The translations under genes and the position numbers were made by a program. The notes below the pieces were generated by a model. It worked only from the letters and a program-made list of their open reading frames with translations, ran no database searches and was not told the origin of the DNA. A stretch of 64,000 nt of DNA from Acidimicrobiia bacterium (GTDB lineage: Bacteria; Actinomycetota; Acidimicrobiia; IMCC26256; JAGNEX01), in NCBI GenBank assembly GCA_018003035.1, contig JAGNEX010000004.1, forward strand, positions 651-64,650. The letters are read 5' to 3'. This document shows, one piece after another, positions 27,138-35,549 of the stretch (position 1 is the stretch's first letter; each line of letters opens with the position of its first letter).

Positions 27138-27263
27138 CGGCAGAAATTACCAGGGCGCGACCGCGCAACTACGGCTCTGGCACTGTCAGGTCCCTACCCT
27201 GTGCCCTAGCTCCGTGGACAGGCCGATAGCGCCCCGGCGACGCGCCGAGCAGGCATCGATCCT

Positions 27264-28139
27264 TCACGCTTGATCTGGTGACCTCTCGGTCGAAGCCCGT
27301 CGGAGGAGTCCCCGAACCTCAGCGACGAGCTCTACGGTCGCGGCAGTCGTCTCGAGGGGCGAGAGAATTACCCAATCCGCGCCCGCTCGCGCAAAAGGAC
27401 CCAGGTCGGCAGCAAGTTTGACCGGATCCCCCCAGAGAAGCGACGTTCGGTCGGCTCGACCCGCCCACAGCTCCTCGGCCTCGTCCCGACTCCTTTTCAG
27501 GATCACCGATCCCGACCAGGACGCTTCGACTGCTAAACCCGCCGCTTTGAAGTTCTCGACGGTCGAGCGAACGACGTCCGCTGTTGCCTCCCAGCAGTTC
27601 CACCCGCCCACAGCTGCTGCAAGATCGATACCGTCTGGATGGGTTGAACCAATCCACACCGGTATTCCCCTCTCGAGGAGGAGCTCGCTGGTACGTGCCA
27701 TCCAGCCCATTCGGTCCGCGATCGAGCCGGTGGAAAAGCCAAAGGTGGCGTACTCGGTCTGACTTTGTGAGTCCCCGGCTCCGAGTCCCGCGATAAGGCG
27801 TCCGGGGGCTATCCGTTCGATCGTCGCGAGGAGATGGGCAGTCATTTGGGGGGTTCGGAGTCCGGCGCGCGCTACCAAGGGACCGACGGCGATCCCTTCG
27901 GTCACTGCGGCGACCTGGGCGAGGGCAACGCTGAGCTCCATCGCAGGTCGGTCTGGGGCACGGCCTCCCCCGCCGAGGAGGTGATCGAAAACGAACAGGC
28001 CATCGAGGCCTGCACGTTCGGCGGTCGTGGCAACCGTTGCGACCAGGCCTGGGTCGCCGCTGAACGTTGGCAGGCACATGCCCACCTTCACCGCCTCTGT
28101 GAGTCCCGACAAGTTTCGGTCGGCGTGGTTCGGTCTCAT
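27264..28139 (-). CDS. luciferase-like (LLM class) flavin/F420-dependent oxidoreductase
   Basis: 291-aa ORF with general LLM TIM-barrel features (AERAGLDGLFVFDHL, GLGAGDS). The family-level call rests on pattern only. Confidence 0.7.
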   Translation of the reverse strand: MRPNHADRNLSGLTEAVKVGMCLPTFSGDPGLVATVATTAERAGLDGLFVFDHLLGGGGRAPDRPAMELSVALAQVAAVTEGIAVGPLVARAGLRTPQMTAHLLATIERIAPGRLIAGLGAGDSQSQTEYATFGFSTGSIADRMGWMARTSELLLERGIPVWIGSTHPDGIDLAAAVGGWNCWEATADVVRSTVENFKAAGLAVEASWSGSVILKRSRDEAEELWAGRADRTSLLWGDPVKLAADLGPFARAGADWVILSPLETTAATVELVAEVRGLLRRASTERSPDQA

Positions 28140-28143
28140 CTTT

Positions 28144-29163
28144 CTACGAACCTTCCTCGCCGGTCGCTACGTCGTCGCATAACAACGCTGCACCGACGGC
28201 TGCTGCGTCCGAGCCGATCTTGGCCAAGCGAAGCTCCGGGAGGACGCGCATCGGCCCACCTTCGACTCTCTGCTCCAGACTCTGCTGTACTGCGTCTAGG
28301 AGCATCTGTCCGAGGTCCATCACTCCGCCCCCAAGGACGATCACCGCAGGATCGAGGATGGCGATGAGGCCTTCCAGGCCCCTTGCTACTGCCGATCCGA
28401 AGTCCTCGACAATGGGCTGCACTTCATCCCGATGCTGGCGGGCGAGGTCTGCCAAGTCAGAGGGCCGAGGTGGTCGCGCCAGCGTCGCTGCTGACCGGTC
28501 GAGCTGACCGAGCTCAAAGGCTCGATCGACCAGGGCACCAAGCGCTGGGCCTGACGCTATCGCCTCCCAGTGACCAGCTCCGCCGCAGATACAAACCGGC
28601 CCATCTGCGGTGACCGGCATGTGCCCAATCTCGCCCGCAAAACCCGTCGCTCCCGTCAGCAGATGTCCGTCAGCGATGATTCCGCCACCGATGCCGGTGC
28701 CGATGCTGACCATCGTCAGATTCTGCACGCCAACGCCTGCGCCGATTCGCCACTCTGCGAACACCGCTGCGTTGGCATCATTTTCTACGTTGACGTCGAA
28801 ACCGGTCGCGGCCTTCAACTCTGCCGCGACGTCAACTCCGTCCATCCACACCAGATTGGGTGAGTGAATGATTCGGCCCTGACGGTCGACCATCCCTGCG
28901 ATCCCCACGCCGACCGGCACACCGTGGGCGACAGTCGCATCGGCGTGTGCCCTGTTCGACACCGTTGCTGGGACAGGGACATCGAGCCGCAACGTGCGGG
29001 CCACCTCACTCACCGACTGGATCAGCTCGTGTGAAGTTCGCGGCGTCGGAACCCGCAATCGGGCCACGATCTCACGGCCGGCCAAGGTCACCGCGTTGAT
29101 CTTCGTGCCGCCGACGTCGATCCCGATCCGGACGGTGTTGGGATTCGATGAGGTGTTCAGCAT
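28144..29163 (-). CDS. glk: ROK-family glucokinase
   Basis: 339-aa ORF. IGIDVGGTKI, GIGTGIGGGII, GFAGEIGHMPV and the ROK zinc motif CICGGAGHWEAIASG. Confidence 0.9.
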   Translation of the reverse strand: MLNTSSNPNTVRIGIDVGGTKINAVTLAGREIVARLRVPTPRTSHELIQSVSEVARTLRLDVPVPATVSNRAHADATVAHGVPVGVGIAGMVDRQGRIIHSPNLVWMDGVDVAAELKAATGFDVNVENDANAAVFAEWRIGAGVGVQNLTMVSIGTGIGGGIIADGHLLTGATGFAGEIGHMPVTADGPVCICGGAGHWEAIASGPALGALVDRAFELGQLDRSAATLARPPRPSDLADLARQHRDEVQPIVEDFGSAVARGLEGLIAILDPAVIVLGGGVMDLGQMLLDAVQQSLEQRVEGGPMRVLPELRLAKIGSDAAAVGAALLCDDVATGEEGS

Positions 29164-29223
29164 CGGCGGCCCACTTCGGTCGGGCCGGTCAAGCCTTCGG
29201 GATGGCGGCGACCGGGCGCGGCG

Positions 29224-30018
29224 TCAAAGGTTGCTGGCGCCGCTGTGGCCGGCGGGGTGGCGGTACTCGGAGTCCGGCTCGGCGGCATGCACCGTGCGCA
29301 TGGCGTCCAGGGCCGGTTTGAGCGGCTCGACGACATCTCTGAGTACGCTGCTCAACCCGTCGATCAGATCGGCGGTCAGTTCTTCGAACGCAACGCTACC
29401 GTCGTAGGCGCGGTCGCCGTGTGCTTGGTCCTGAGCTTCATAGGTCTCGAAGTACGGGCTGTGCGCCCGGTGAGGTTGCGGACCCGGCGATTGCGGCCCC
29501 GCTCGTTCCTGGTGTGGCCGCTCGCGACCATCAGCAACCTTCAGGTGTGCTGTCTTGTCCGTTCCCGGGTCCATTGGGTCGTCGGCATCAGCGCGAGCGG
29601 CAACCGTTTGTTCATGGGGACGGTCACCATCGCTACCGTTGGAGGCACCTGTGCGGGCAGCTACTCGACGGTCGCGTTCTGCCGCGACTCTTGCCCGTTC
29701 AGCTGTCAGGGCGCCATCGGCAGCGTCGAGCAGGCAGCGCGCAGCTGCGACCATTTCTTGTACGGCGGCGAGCGCGTGGTCGTAGGCCTCTGTTTGTTGT
29801 TGGCGCCACGAAGCGGAAAAGGAACAGGCGAGACACCCGCGAACGGCTCGTTCGTCGTCGGCGGTATCTGCGTTTGGTCCGTCATGAGAGTGCCCGGTGC
29901 GGCCACTGTTCGACGTTGCCTTCGGAGCGGTGCCGGACCCGGCGGCGCGCGGCCGGGCGCGGTCCGAGGAGTGGCTGTCCGAATCGGCCCACCAGGGGGC
30001 TTTGCGCCCAGAGGACAT
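29224..30018 (-). CDS. hypothetical low-complexity protein (CxxC near N-terminus, helical middle, acidic/His-rich C-half)
   Basis: 264-aa ORF on the same strand, with 5-nt and 60-nt gaps to its neighbours in the pimB-to-LLM gene string. Contains GCLACSFSASW and AAVQEMVAAARCLLDAADGAL. The opposite-strand 260-aa ORF looks non-coding. Confidence 0.55.
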   Translation of the reverse strand: MSSGRKAPWWADSDSHSSDRARPRAAGSGTAPKATSNSGRTGHSHDGPNADTADDERAVRGCLACSFSASWRQQQTEAYDHALAAVQEMVAAARCLLDAADGALTAERARVAAERDRRVAARTGASNGSDGDRPHEQTVAARADADDPMDPGTDKTAHLKVADGRERPHQERAGPQSPGPQPHRAHSPYFETYEAQDQAHGDRAYDGSVAFEELTADLIDGLSSVLRDVVEPLKPALDAMRTVHAAEPDSEYRHPAGHSGASNL

Positions 30019-30023
30019 GACAG

Positions 30024-30488
30024 CTAACCGCCCGCCCCGGTTGTCGACTCGGCGACCTGGCGCACGCTTTGCAACGCTCGGCGGACCATCATCGACTCGG
30101 CACGTCGCTGAACGATCTGGGGCAGAGGAACTTTGAAATCGACCAAAAGCTCGTAGGTGATCTCCGTCCCTGAAATGCCGTCCCTGCTTGTCGATTCGAA
30201 GCGATAGCTACCTTCGTAACGACGGATACGGCCCGTAGGGATGCCACGCCACGAAAACATGTCTGGCGCGTCAGCCATGTCGTAATGCAGTTCAAGCGTC
30301 ACCGAAAAGCCCATAGCGCCTGCAACGAAACGGGCGACCCGAACAAGCCCTGTGGGGTCTTGTTCGACCAAGTCCACCCTGCGAACCTCGCGAGCCCAGG
30401 ACGGGTAGTCACGAACATCGGCGGCGATGGCGAAGCAACGCTCAAGGGGAGCGGCGACGAATGCCTTATCAAAAACGCGTTCTGGCAT
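30024..30488 (-). CDS. SRPBCC (polyketide cyclase/dehydrase-like, TB16.3-type) protein
   Basis: PERVFDKAFVAAPLERCFAIAADVRDYPSWA ... YEGSYRFE. I prefer the ATG at 30488, preceded by AAAGGGG. The track start at 30515 would overlap the upstream gene by 23 nt. Confidence 0.8.
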   Translation of the reverse strand: MPERVFDKAFVAAPLERCFAIAADVRDYPSWAREVRRVDLVEQDPTGLVRVARFVAGAMGFSVTLELHYDMADAPDMFSWRGIPTGRIRRYEGSYRFESTSRDGISGTEITYELLVDFKVPLPQIVQRRAESMMVRRALQSVRQVAESTTGAGG

Positions 30489-30492
30489 GGTG

Positions 30493-30906
30493 CTAACCCC
30501 TTTCTTCTTGGACAACTCCTGTGTCCGCCGCTACCGAATTCCACAAGGCAGCCAAACCAACACCTGGCATGACGGCCAATACTGCAAACGCTTCCCAGAG
30601 CGACGCCACCAAACCGACAACGTACAAAGCGGTCAGCGAGAGCACCATCGCCCGTCGGCGAGGGTCCCCGTCGTGCCTTGGCCAAAACATGTCGGGGACC
30701 TCAACGGTGCTTCCCCGTGATTGCGCACGTACCAACATCAAAAAGCCGACGATCCATAGGACGCTCCCCAACAAGAAGAGGCCCAAGATGATCACCAGAC
30801 CAGTTCGCTCGAAGAGGGACGTTTCAAAAAGTCCTAAAACGGCGCTCAAAACAATGAGGCCCGAACACAGCAACGGTAGGCGAAGTAATTGCGAACGGTC
30901 CATCAT
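30493..30906 (-). CDS. hypothetical 4-TM membrane protein
   Basis: 137-aa ORF with four hydrophobic segments. 4-nt overlap with the GT4 gene stop. Confidence 0.65.
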   Translation of the reverse strand: MMDRSQLLRLPLLCSGLIVLSAVLGLFETSLFERTGLVIILGLFLLGSVLWIVGFLMLVRAQSRGSTVEVPDMFWPRHDGDPRRRAMVLSLTALYVVGLVASLWEAFAVLAVMPGVGLAALWNSVAADTGVVQEERG

Positions 30907-32033
30907 ACCGTCAACGTTTCCAAAACTGTCAGGTCACCGCGGGCAAGGGGTGCCAGACGGGCAGCGAGAGCATCGTAGGAGAACTCTTCGACCGCTCTCA
31001 GGCGTGCCTGCACCCGCATCTCGCCCAGGTTCGCCGGGGACAACACTTCGCGGATGGCTTGCTGCACGCTTCTTTGATTCTTTGGCGGTACCACCCTGCC
31101 CGAAACGCCGTCTGCAACCGCTTCGTGCGCCCCACCTGACCGGCCTGCGACGGCGGGCACGCCGCACGCGGCCGCTTCGAGGAACACGATGCCGAAGCCC
31201 TCGCGTTCGAGACCGAACCACCGGTCGCGGCAGAGCATGGAGAACACGTCGGCGCTTGCGTACAAGGGCGCCAGCTGTTCCTCGGGAACTCTGCCGAGCA
31301 GATGGATGTGTGGCGCTCGTGCCGCAAGCTTCTTGAGACGGTCAAAATCCCGCCCGCTGCCCCCGATCGCAAGCTGAACCTCTCCTTCGAGCGGCTTGAC
31401 CGCTTCGATCAGGGTGTCAAAACCCTTGCGGGGTACGAGCCGAGAGAGGCCAAGGACGAGGGGAACCTCCGGGTCGAGGCCAAACAGATCTCGCGTGGCG
31501 GCACGTTCGTCCTCGGTGGCGGGTTGAAAGCGTTCGACGTCAACACCTGGCGGAATGATGAGTCCTTTGAGCGGCACCTCAGCAGCACGAATTCCTTCAG
31601 CCGCCGGGTATCCGCCCGCGCAGAGAACGCCTTCAGAACGTTGCAGCACGCTGCGTAGCAGCCGACGAGACACGGGAAGACGACCTGGGATCGTCACTTC
31701 CGCACCATGGAGGACCGCGACGTAAGGCCGCTTCAGGTAGCGACCGATCGCTCCGAGCGGTAATGCAGGATCGAGGAAAACAAGGTCGATCTTCAACTCG
31801 TCGATCAGCTCGTTGACTTCACGAATCAAAATCGGGTTGGGAAGCAACACCTTCTGGGATGAACGAATGATCCGCAACGGTTCGGCCACCCGGTCAAACT
31901 CGTCATCGCCGGTATAGGGCGTTGTGTAGACGGCAACCGTTTCGGCCGGAAGTCGGCGCCAAAGCTCCCACAGGTAGGACTGGATACCACCTACCTTGGG
32001 GGGAAAGTCGTTGGTCACAAGCAGGGAACGCAC
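30903..32033 (-). CDS. GT4 glycosyltransferase, PimB-like mannosyltransferase
   Basis: 376-aa ORF. N-terminus LLVTNDFPPKVGGIQSY and EX7E region EGFGIVFLEAAACGVP. Confidence 0.88.
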   Translation of the reverse strand: MRSLLVTNDFPPKVGGIQSYLWELWRRLPAETVAVYTTPYTGDDEFDRVAEPLRIIRSSQKVLLPNPILIREVNELIDELKIDLVFLDPALPLGAIGRYLKRPYVAVLHGAEVTIPGRLPVSRRLLRSVLQRSEGVLCAGGYPAAEGIRAAEVPLKGLIIPPGVDVERFQPATEDERAATRDLFGLDPEVPLVLGLSRLVPRKGFDTLIEAVKPLEGEVQLAIGGSGRDFDRLKKLAARAPHIHLLGRVPEEQLAPLYASADVFSMLCRDRWFGLEREGFGIVFLEAAACGVPAVAGRSGGAHEAVADGVSGRVVPPKNQRSVQQAIREVLSPANLGEMRVQARLRAVEEFSYDALAARLAPLARGDLTVLETLTV

Positions 32034-32130
32034 GGCAAGAATGCTAGGAGCACCGGTTTAAGGCATTTGTACCGGTCAGAAAAACATTTCTGTTCGCTAA
32101 GCACCGTTGCAACGGGCCGTCGCATCCTTA

Positions 32131-32334
32131 TCAAACATTCGCGACCAGCCGGAGCCGTGGAACAAGACCTGCCTTGGTCAGGCTCGTCAGCGCTGACATT
32201 TCATCGGCCGAAAACTCACCGAGCCGCGGACCGTCGATGATATGGCTCACAATGCAGTCGTCGCAGGCGGATGTGTGCGCCATGACGCAGTCGCCGCAGT
32301 CGATGACACGGCTTGAGGCGGAGGACATTTCCAT
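32131..32334 (-). CDS. small Cys4 protein (67 aa)
   Basis: MEMSSASSRVIDCGDCVMAHTSACDDCIVSHII...: CxxC-x7-CxxC. The start is placed at the internal ATG at 32334. No family recognised. Confidence 0.5.
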   Translation of the reverse strand: MEMSSASSRVIDCGDCVMAHTSACDDCIVSHIIDGPRLGEFSADEMSALTSLTKAGLVPRLRLVANV

Positions 32335-32517
32335 AGCGATCTCGTTTCTGCACGGCCGATGTGGACCGGTACCTTTGTGACCCTCCAAGCATGGCAATAG
32401 GGTGTGACACTCAACATGTGCGGAGACACCGTGGCTGATGCACAGGTGAGGGCAAGGGTCGACTCAACGGCCCCGAACCACGCCACGCAGGGACCGGGCA
32501 ACTTGCCAAGGATTGAT

Positions 32518-33288
32518 ATGGCCGACACGACTGCGCTCGCTCTCACCACTTCCGACGATGAAGAAGCGGTTGCGTTCGGGAACCAGGTTCGCGGCCTGTT
32601 CGACCTGGTGAATGAAGACGAAGCGGATGTGATCGTCGCCGTGGGCGGAGACGGGTTCATGTTGGAAACGCTCCACCGAACCCTCGGAACCGAGACACCG
32701 ATCTACGGGGTCAACACCGGAACGGTGGGTTTCCTCATGAACCGCTGTGAGCCCTGGCAGGTACCCGACCGAATCGCATCTGCGGAAGCTGTCTCGTTAG
32801 CGCCCCTGCTCATGGTCGCCCAGACCGAAGACGGCGCAGAGCATACCGCCGTTGCTCTCAATGAAGTATCGCTGCTCCGACAAACTCGCCAAGCCGCCCA
32901 CATCCGGGTCAAAGTCGACGGCGTCACCCGCATCGATCGACTGATCTGCGACGGTGTTCTGGTTTCTACCCCCGCCGGGTCGACCGCATACAACCTCTCC
33001 GCTCACGGCCCGATCGTCCCCTTGGGCGCCGAACTGCTGGCATTGACCCCCATCTCGGCGTTCCGTCCGCGGCGATGGCGCGGCGCGCTTTTGAGGGATT
33101 CGGCCACCGTCCGCTTTGAGGTCCGCGAATTCTTCAAACGCCCCGTAAGCGCCACCGCGGACCACACAGAGATTCGGCACGTCATCTCGGTCTCGGTCAC
33201 CTGTGACCGGAGTCAACATGCCGTCTTGCTGTTCGACCCCGAACACAACTATGAGGAGAGAATCCTTACCGAACAGTTCACGACCTAA
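32518..33288 (+). CDS. nadK: NAD+ kinase
   Basis: VAVGGDGFML (GGDG), GVNTGTVGFL, ALNEV, VSTPAGSTAYNLSAHGPIV. Start at the ATG at 32518 (MADTTAL); the track ORF begins at 32404. Confidence 0.9.
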   Translation: MADTTALALTTSDDEEAVAFGNQVRGLFDLVNEDEADVIVAVGGDGFMLETLHRTLGTETPIYGVNTGTVGFLMNRCEPWQVPDRIASAEAVSLAPLLMVAQTEDGAEHTAVALNEVSLLRQTRQAAHIRVKVDGVTRIDRLICDGVLVSTPAGSTAYNLSAHGPIVPLGAELLALTPISAFRPRRWRGALLRDSATVRFEVREFFKRPVSATADHTEIRHVISVSVTCDRSQHAVLLFDPEHNYEERILTEQFTT

Positions 33289-33398
33289 GGGACGAGCAGC
33301 GCTAGAACCGGTTCGAGGCGCCTCCCGAACTGGGATGACGCCTCAAACGGCAGTTCTGAGGATGGCTGAGACCGCCAGGGCCGGCTGTTCGCCGAGCC

Positions 33399-35228
33399 CT
33401 ACGCGCCCATCGCTGCAATCAAGGCACTAGATGAGATCACCAGCGCTCCTTCAGACTCGGCCTGCTCGCGAACCCAACCGTCGCTTGAGACGACAATCGC
33501 TGGGATCCCCATCGGGAGTTTGGTGAGTTCCCGCACTACGACGAGGTCGGCCTCTTCACCTTCGCGGCTAAAGAGAACTCGGACTCCCCTGCGACGGGTC
33601 GCTCCGCCGATGTCGACGGCCGCGCCGTCAAAGACAATCGTCACGGGGCAGCGAGTTCGAGCATGCAGATCGGTCATGGCGTCAACCAGGCGGTCGCGCT
33701 GTTCGCTGATCGAAAGGTCGCCCCATTTGTTCATCGACACGTTGTACCCGTCGACGATCATCACGACGCCCCGAGCGCTCATCATTTCGAGCACCGTTGA
33801 CTTCTCTTCGATGAACATCCCGGGTGGCACAGGAACCTGAGCCCGTCCGGTTGAGCGTTGTACGAGCGCCGACTGCGCAGGCAGGCCGGTTGAATCAAAT
33901 AGATCTTCGTCTTCGGCCGCGGCGCGCTCGGCATCTGCCATCGCCTGTTCCAGCATGGCTGTGCTCATCGTCAACTCGTCGCTGTGCACGATCGAATCGT
34001 CGTCCAAATCTGCTGCCTCTTTAAACACCGCCGAAGCCGCCGGACTCGGGGCCTCAGAAGCCGCTGATTGGGTGTGGTCTCCGGCCTCCGCAGACGAGTC
34101 GTCGGCACTCGCCCGGGAAGAATCTTGACCGTTGGAGGCGCCGTCATCGGTGTCGTGGCCGACTGCTTCTGAGGAATCGTCGCCGCTTGAGTCATCACCG
34201 TCTGACTCGTCACCGTCGTCGTCGAGGTCCGAAGCGTAGGTGTCGTCGTCGATCACCCAACTGTCATCGAGGTGGGCGGCCACCGTCGACGGCGGCATCT
34301 CTTGGCCGTGCTCGGGGATGAGTTTGCGCCCATTGTCCGAGAGCGCCCCGAGCTCCCGACTGAGCGCTACAGCGACGTCGGCGGAACGCTCAAGCATGTG
34401 AACGTGCCGGCGAACTCGCTCGATCTCGGCCGCACGAGCATCCGCCGTAGCCTCTTCAGTCCGAAGCATCTGAGCCCGAAGTTCTTCAAACTCGCGACGC
34501 AGTTCGCGCAGTTGATCTTCGCTGTCGCGTGCGCGTGCCGCTTCCCTGGAGGAACGCTCCTGAGCGATCTCAATCGTCCGATTGGCCCGGTCTCGTTCAA
34601 CTTCGAGACGTTCAATCTTTTCGGTTGCCTCGGCGGTCAGGCGCTCGGCGTCTTCCTCGCGCTGGCGGCGTGAACGGCGTTCGTCTTTGAGCGTGGAGTC
34701 GAGTTCGTTGAACTGAACCTCGAGCTCGTCGCGGTGGGCTTCTGCACGTCGTGCCGACTCTTCGACCGTTTCGAGTCGGTTGCGGAGCGCAACGACCTCT
34801 TCTTCGACTTCTTGCCGCCGGCGTTCGCCTTCAAAAACTCCGAGTGCCGCGCCAATTCCGATCGTCCAACCTTTCGGACGAGCCGCATAAAGAGCAGACG
34901 CCAGCACGGGAAGGTCGTCTTGTTCGGCCGCCACAGCGGCGAGTTTTGCTGCGTCGTTGCGGGACCACCCGTCGAGGACCGACGACACCTCTGTCCGGTC
35001 CAAAAAGCGCTCAAAGACCGCTGTCCGGAAAGTCTCGTCACCTTCGACGGCCCTCAGCAGCTGTGCACGCGCAGCTGCCCGAGCGAGCCCCCGTCGGTCA
35101 AAGCCCAAAAGTGGGCGAAGCTGAGCTGGAACGTCGGCATCGGGGGTGTCCCGCATGACGTCGCCGGCCTGTTCCAACAAGGGGGCCAGGAGCACATCAG
35201 GGATGCCCAGTTCGTTACCGTTCGCCAT
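33399..35228 (-). CDS. coiled-coil / acidic low-complexity protein with C-terminal YacP(Rae1)-like NYN nuclease domain
   Basis: 609-aa ORF. The last 125 aa (nt 33402-33776) carry the YacP-type blocks MIVDGYNVSMNKW, VTIVFDGAAV, VLFSREGEEADLVVV, AIVVSSDGWVREQ. The middle is E/R-rich heptad-like sequence followed by D/S-rich sequence (DDDGDESDGDDSSGDDSSE). Confidence 0.8.
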   Translation of the reverse strand: MANGNELGIPDVLLAPLLEQAGDVMRDTPDADVPAQLRPLLGFDRRGLARAAARAQLLRAVEGDETFRTAVFERFLDRTEVSSVLDGWSRNDAAKLAAVAAEQDDLPVLASALYAARPKGWTIGIGAALGVFEGERRRQEVEEEVVALRNRLETVEESARRAEAHRDELEVQFNELDSTLKDERRSRRQREEDAERLTAEATEKIERLEVERDRANRTIEIAQERSSREAARARDSEDQLRELRREFEELRAQMLRTEEATADARAAEIERVRRHVHMLERSADVAVALSRELGALSDNGRKLIPEHGQEMPPSTVAAHLDDSWVIDDDTYASDLDDDGDESDGDDSSGDDSSEAVGHDTDDGASNGQDSSRASADDSSAEAGDHTQSAASEAPSPAASAVFKEAADLDDDSIVHSDELTMSTAMLEQAMADAERAAAEDEDLFDSTGLPAQSALVQRSTGRAQVPVPPGMFIEEKSTVLEMMSARGVVMIVDGYNVSMNKWGDLSISEQRDRLVDAMTDLHARTRCPVTIVFDGAAVDIGGATRRRGVRVLFSREGEEADLVVVRELTKLPMGIPAIVVSSDGWVREQAESEGALVISSSALIAAMGA

Positions 35229-35549
35229 TGCGTCTCCGTTTCACAAGCGGGGTGTACTGGTTGTCAGGCGCCACACCCATTGGTTCTTCGGCACCGGAAC
35301 CCCAAAGGTTGACAATTTTTGCAGAATCATTCGGGTCGAGACCGCGGGAACGACCCGGGTCTTGTGGCCCCACCTGCCACGGTCAGCGGCGACGACGAGA
35401 CTTGGCCGCTCAGGCCAGTTAGACGCGGGGCATCCGCGGAAGCCAGCTTCAAAACCGTTGCAAAACCAACGATTTTTCAACCTTCGGCCCGTCATCGGGG
35501 CGCCGAGTGTACTTCAACAGTCACCGGGGTGGGCGTTAACATTTTCGCC

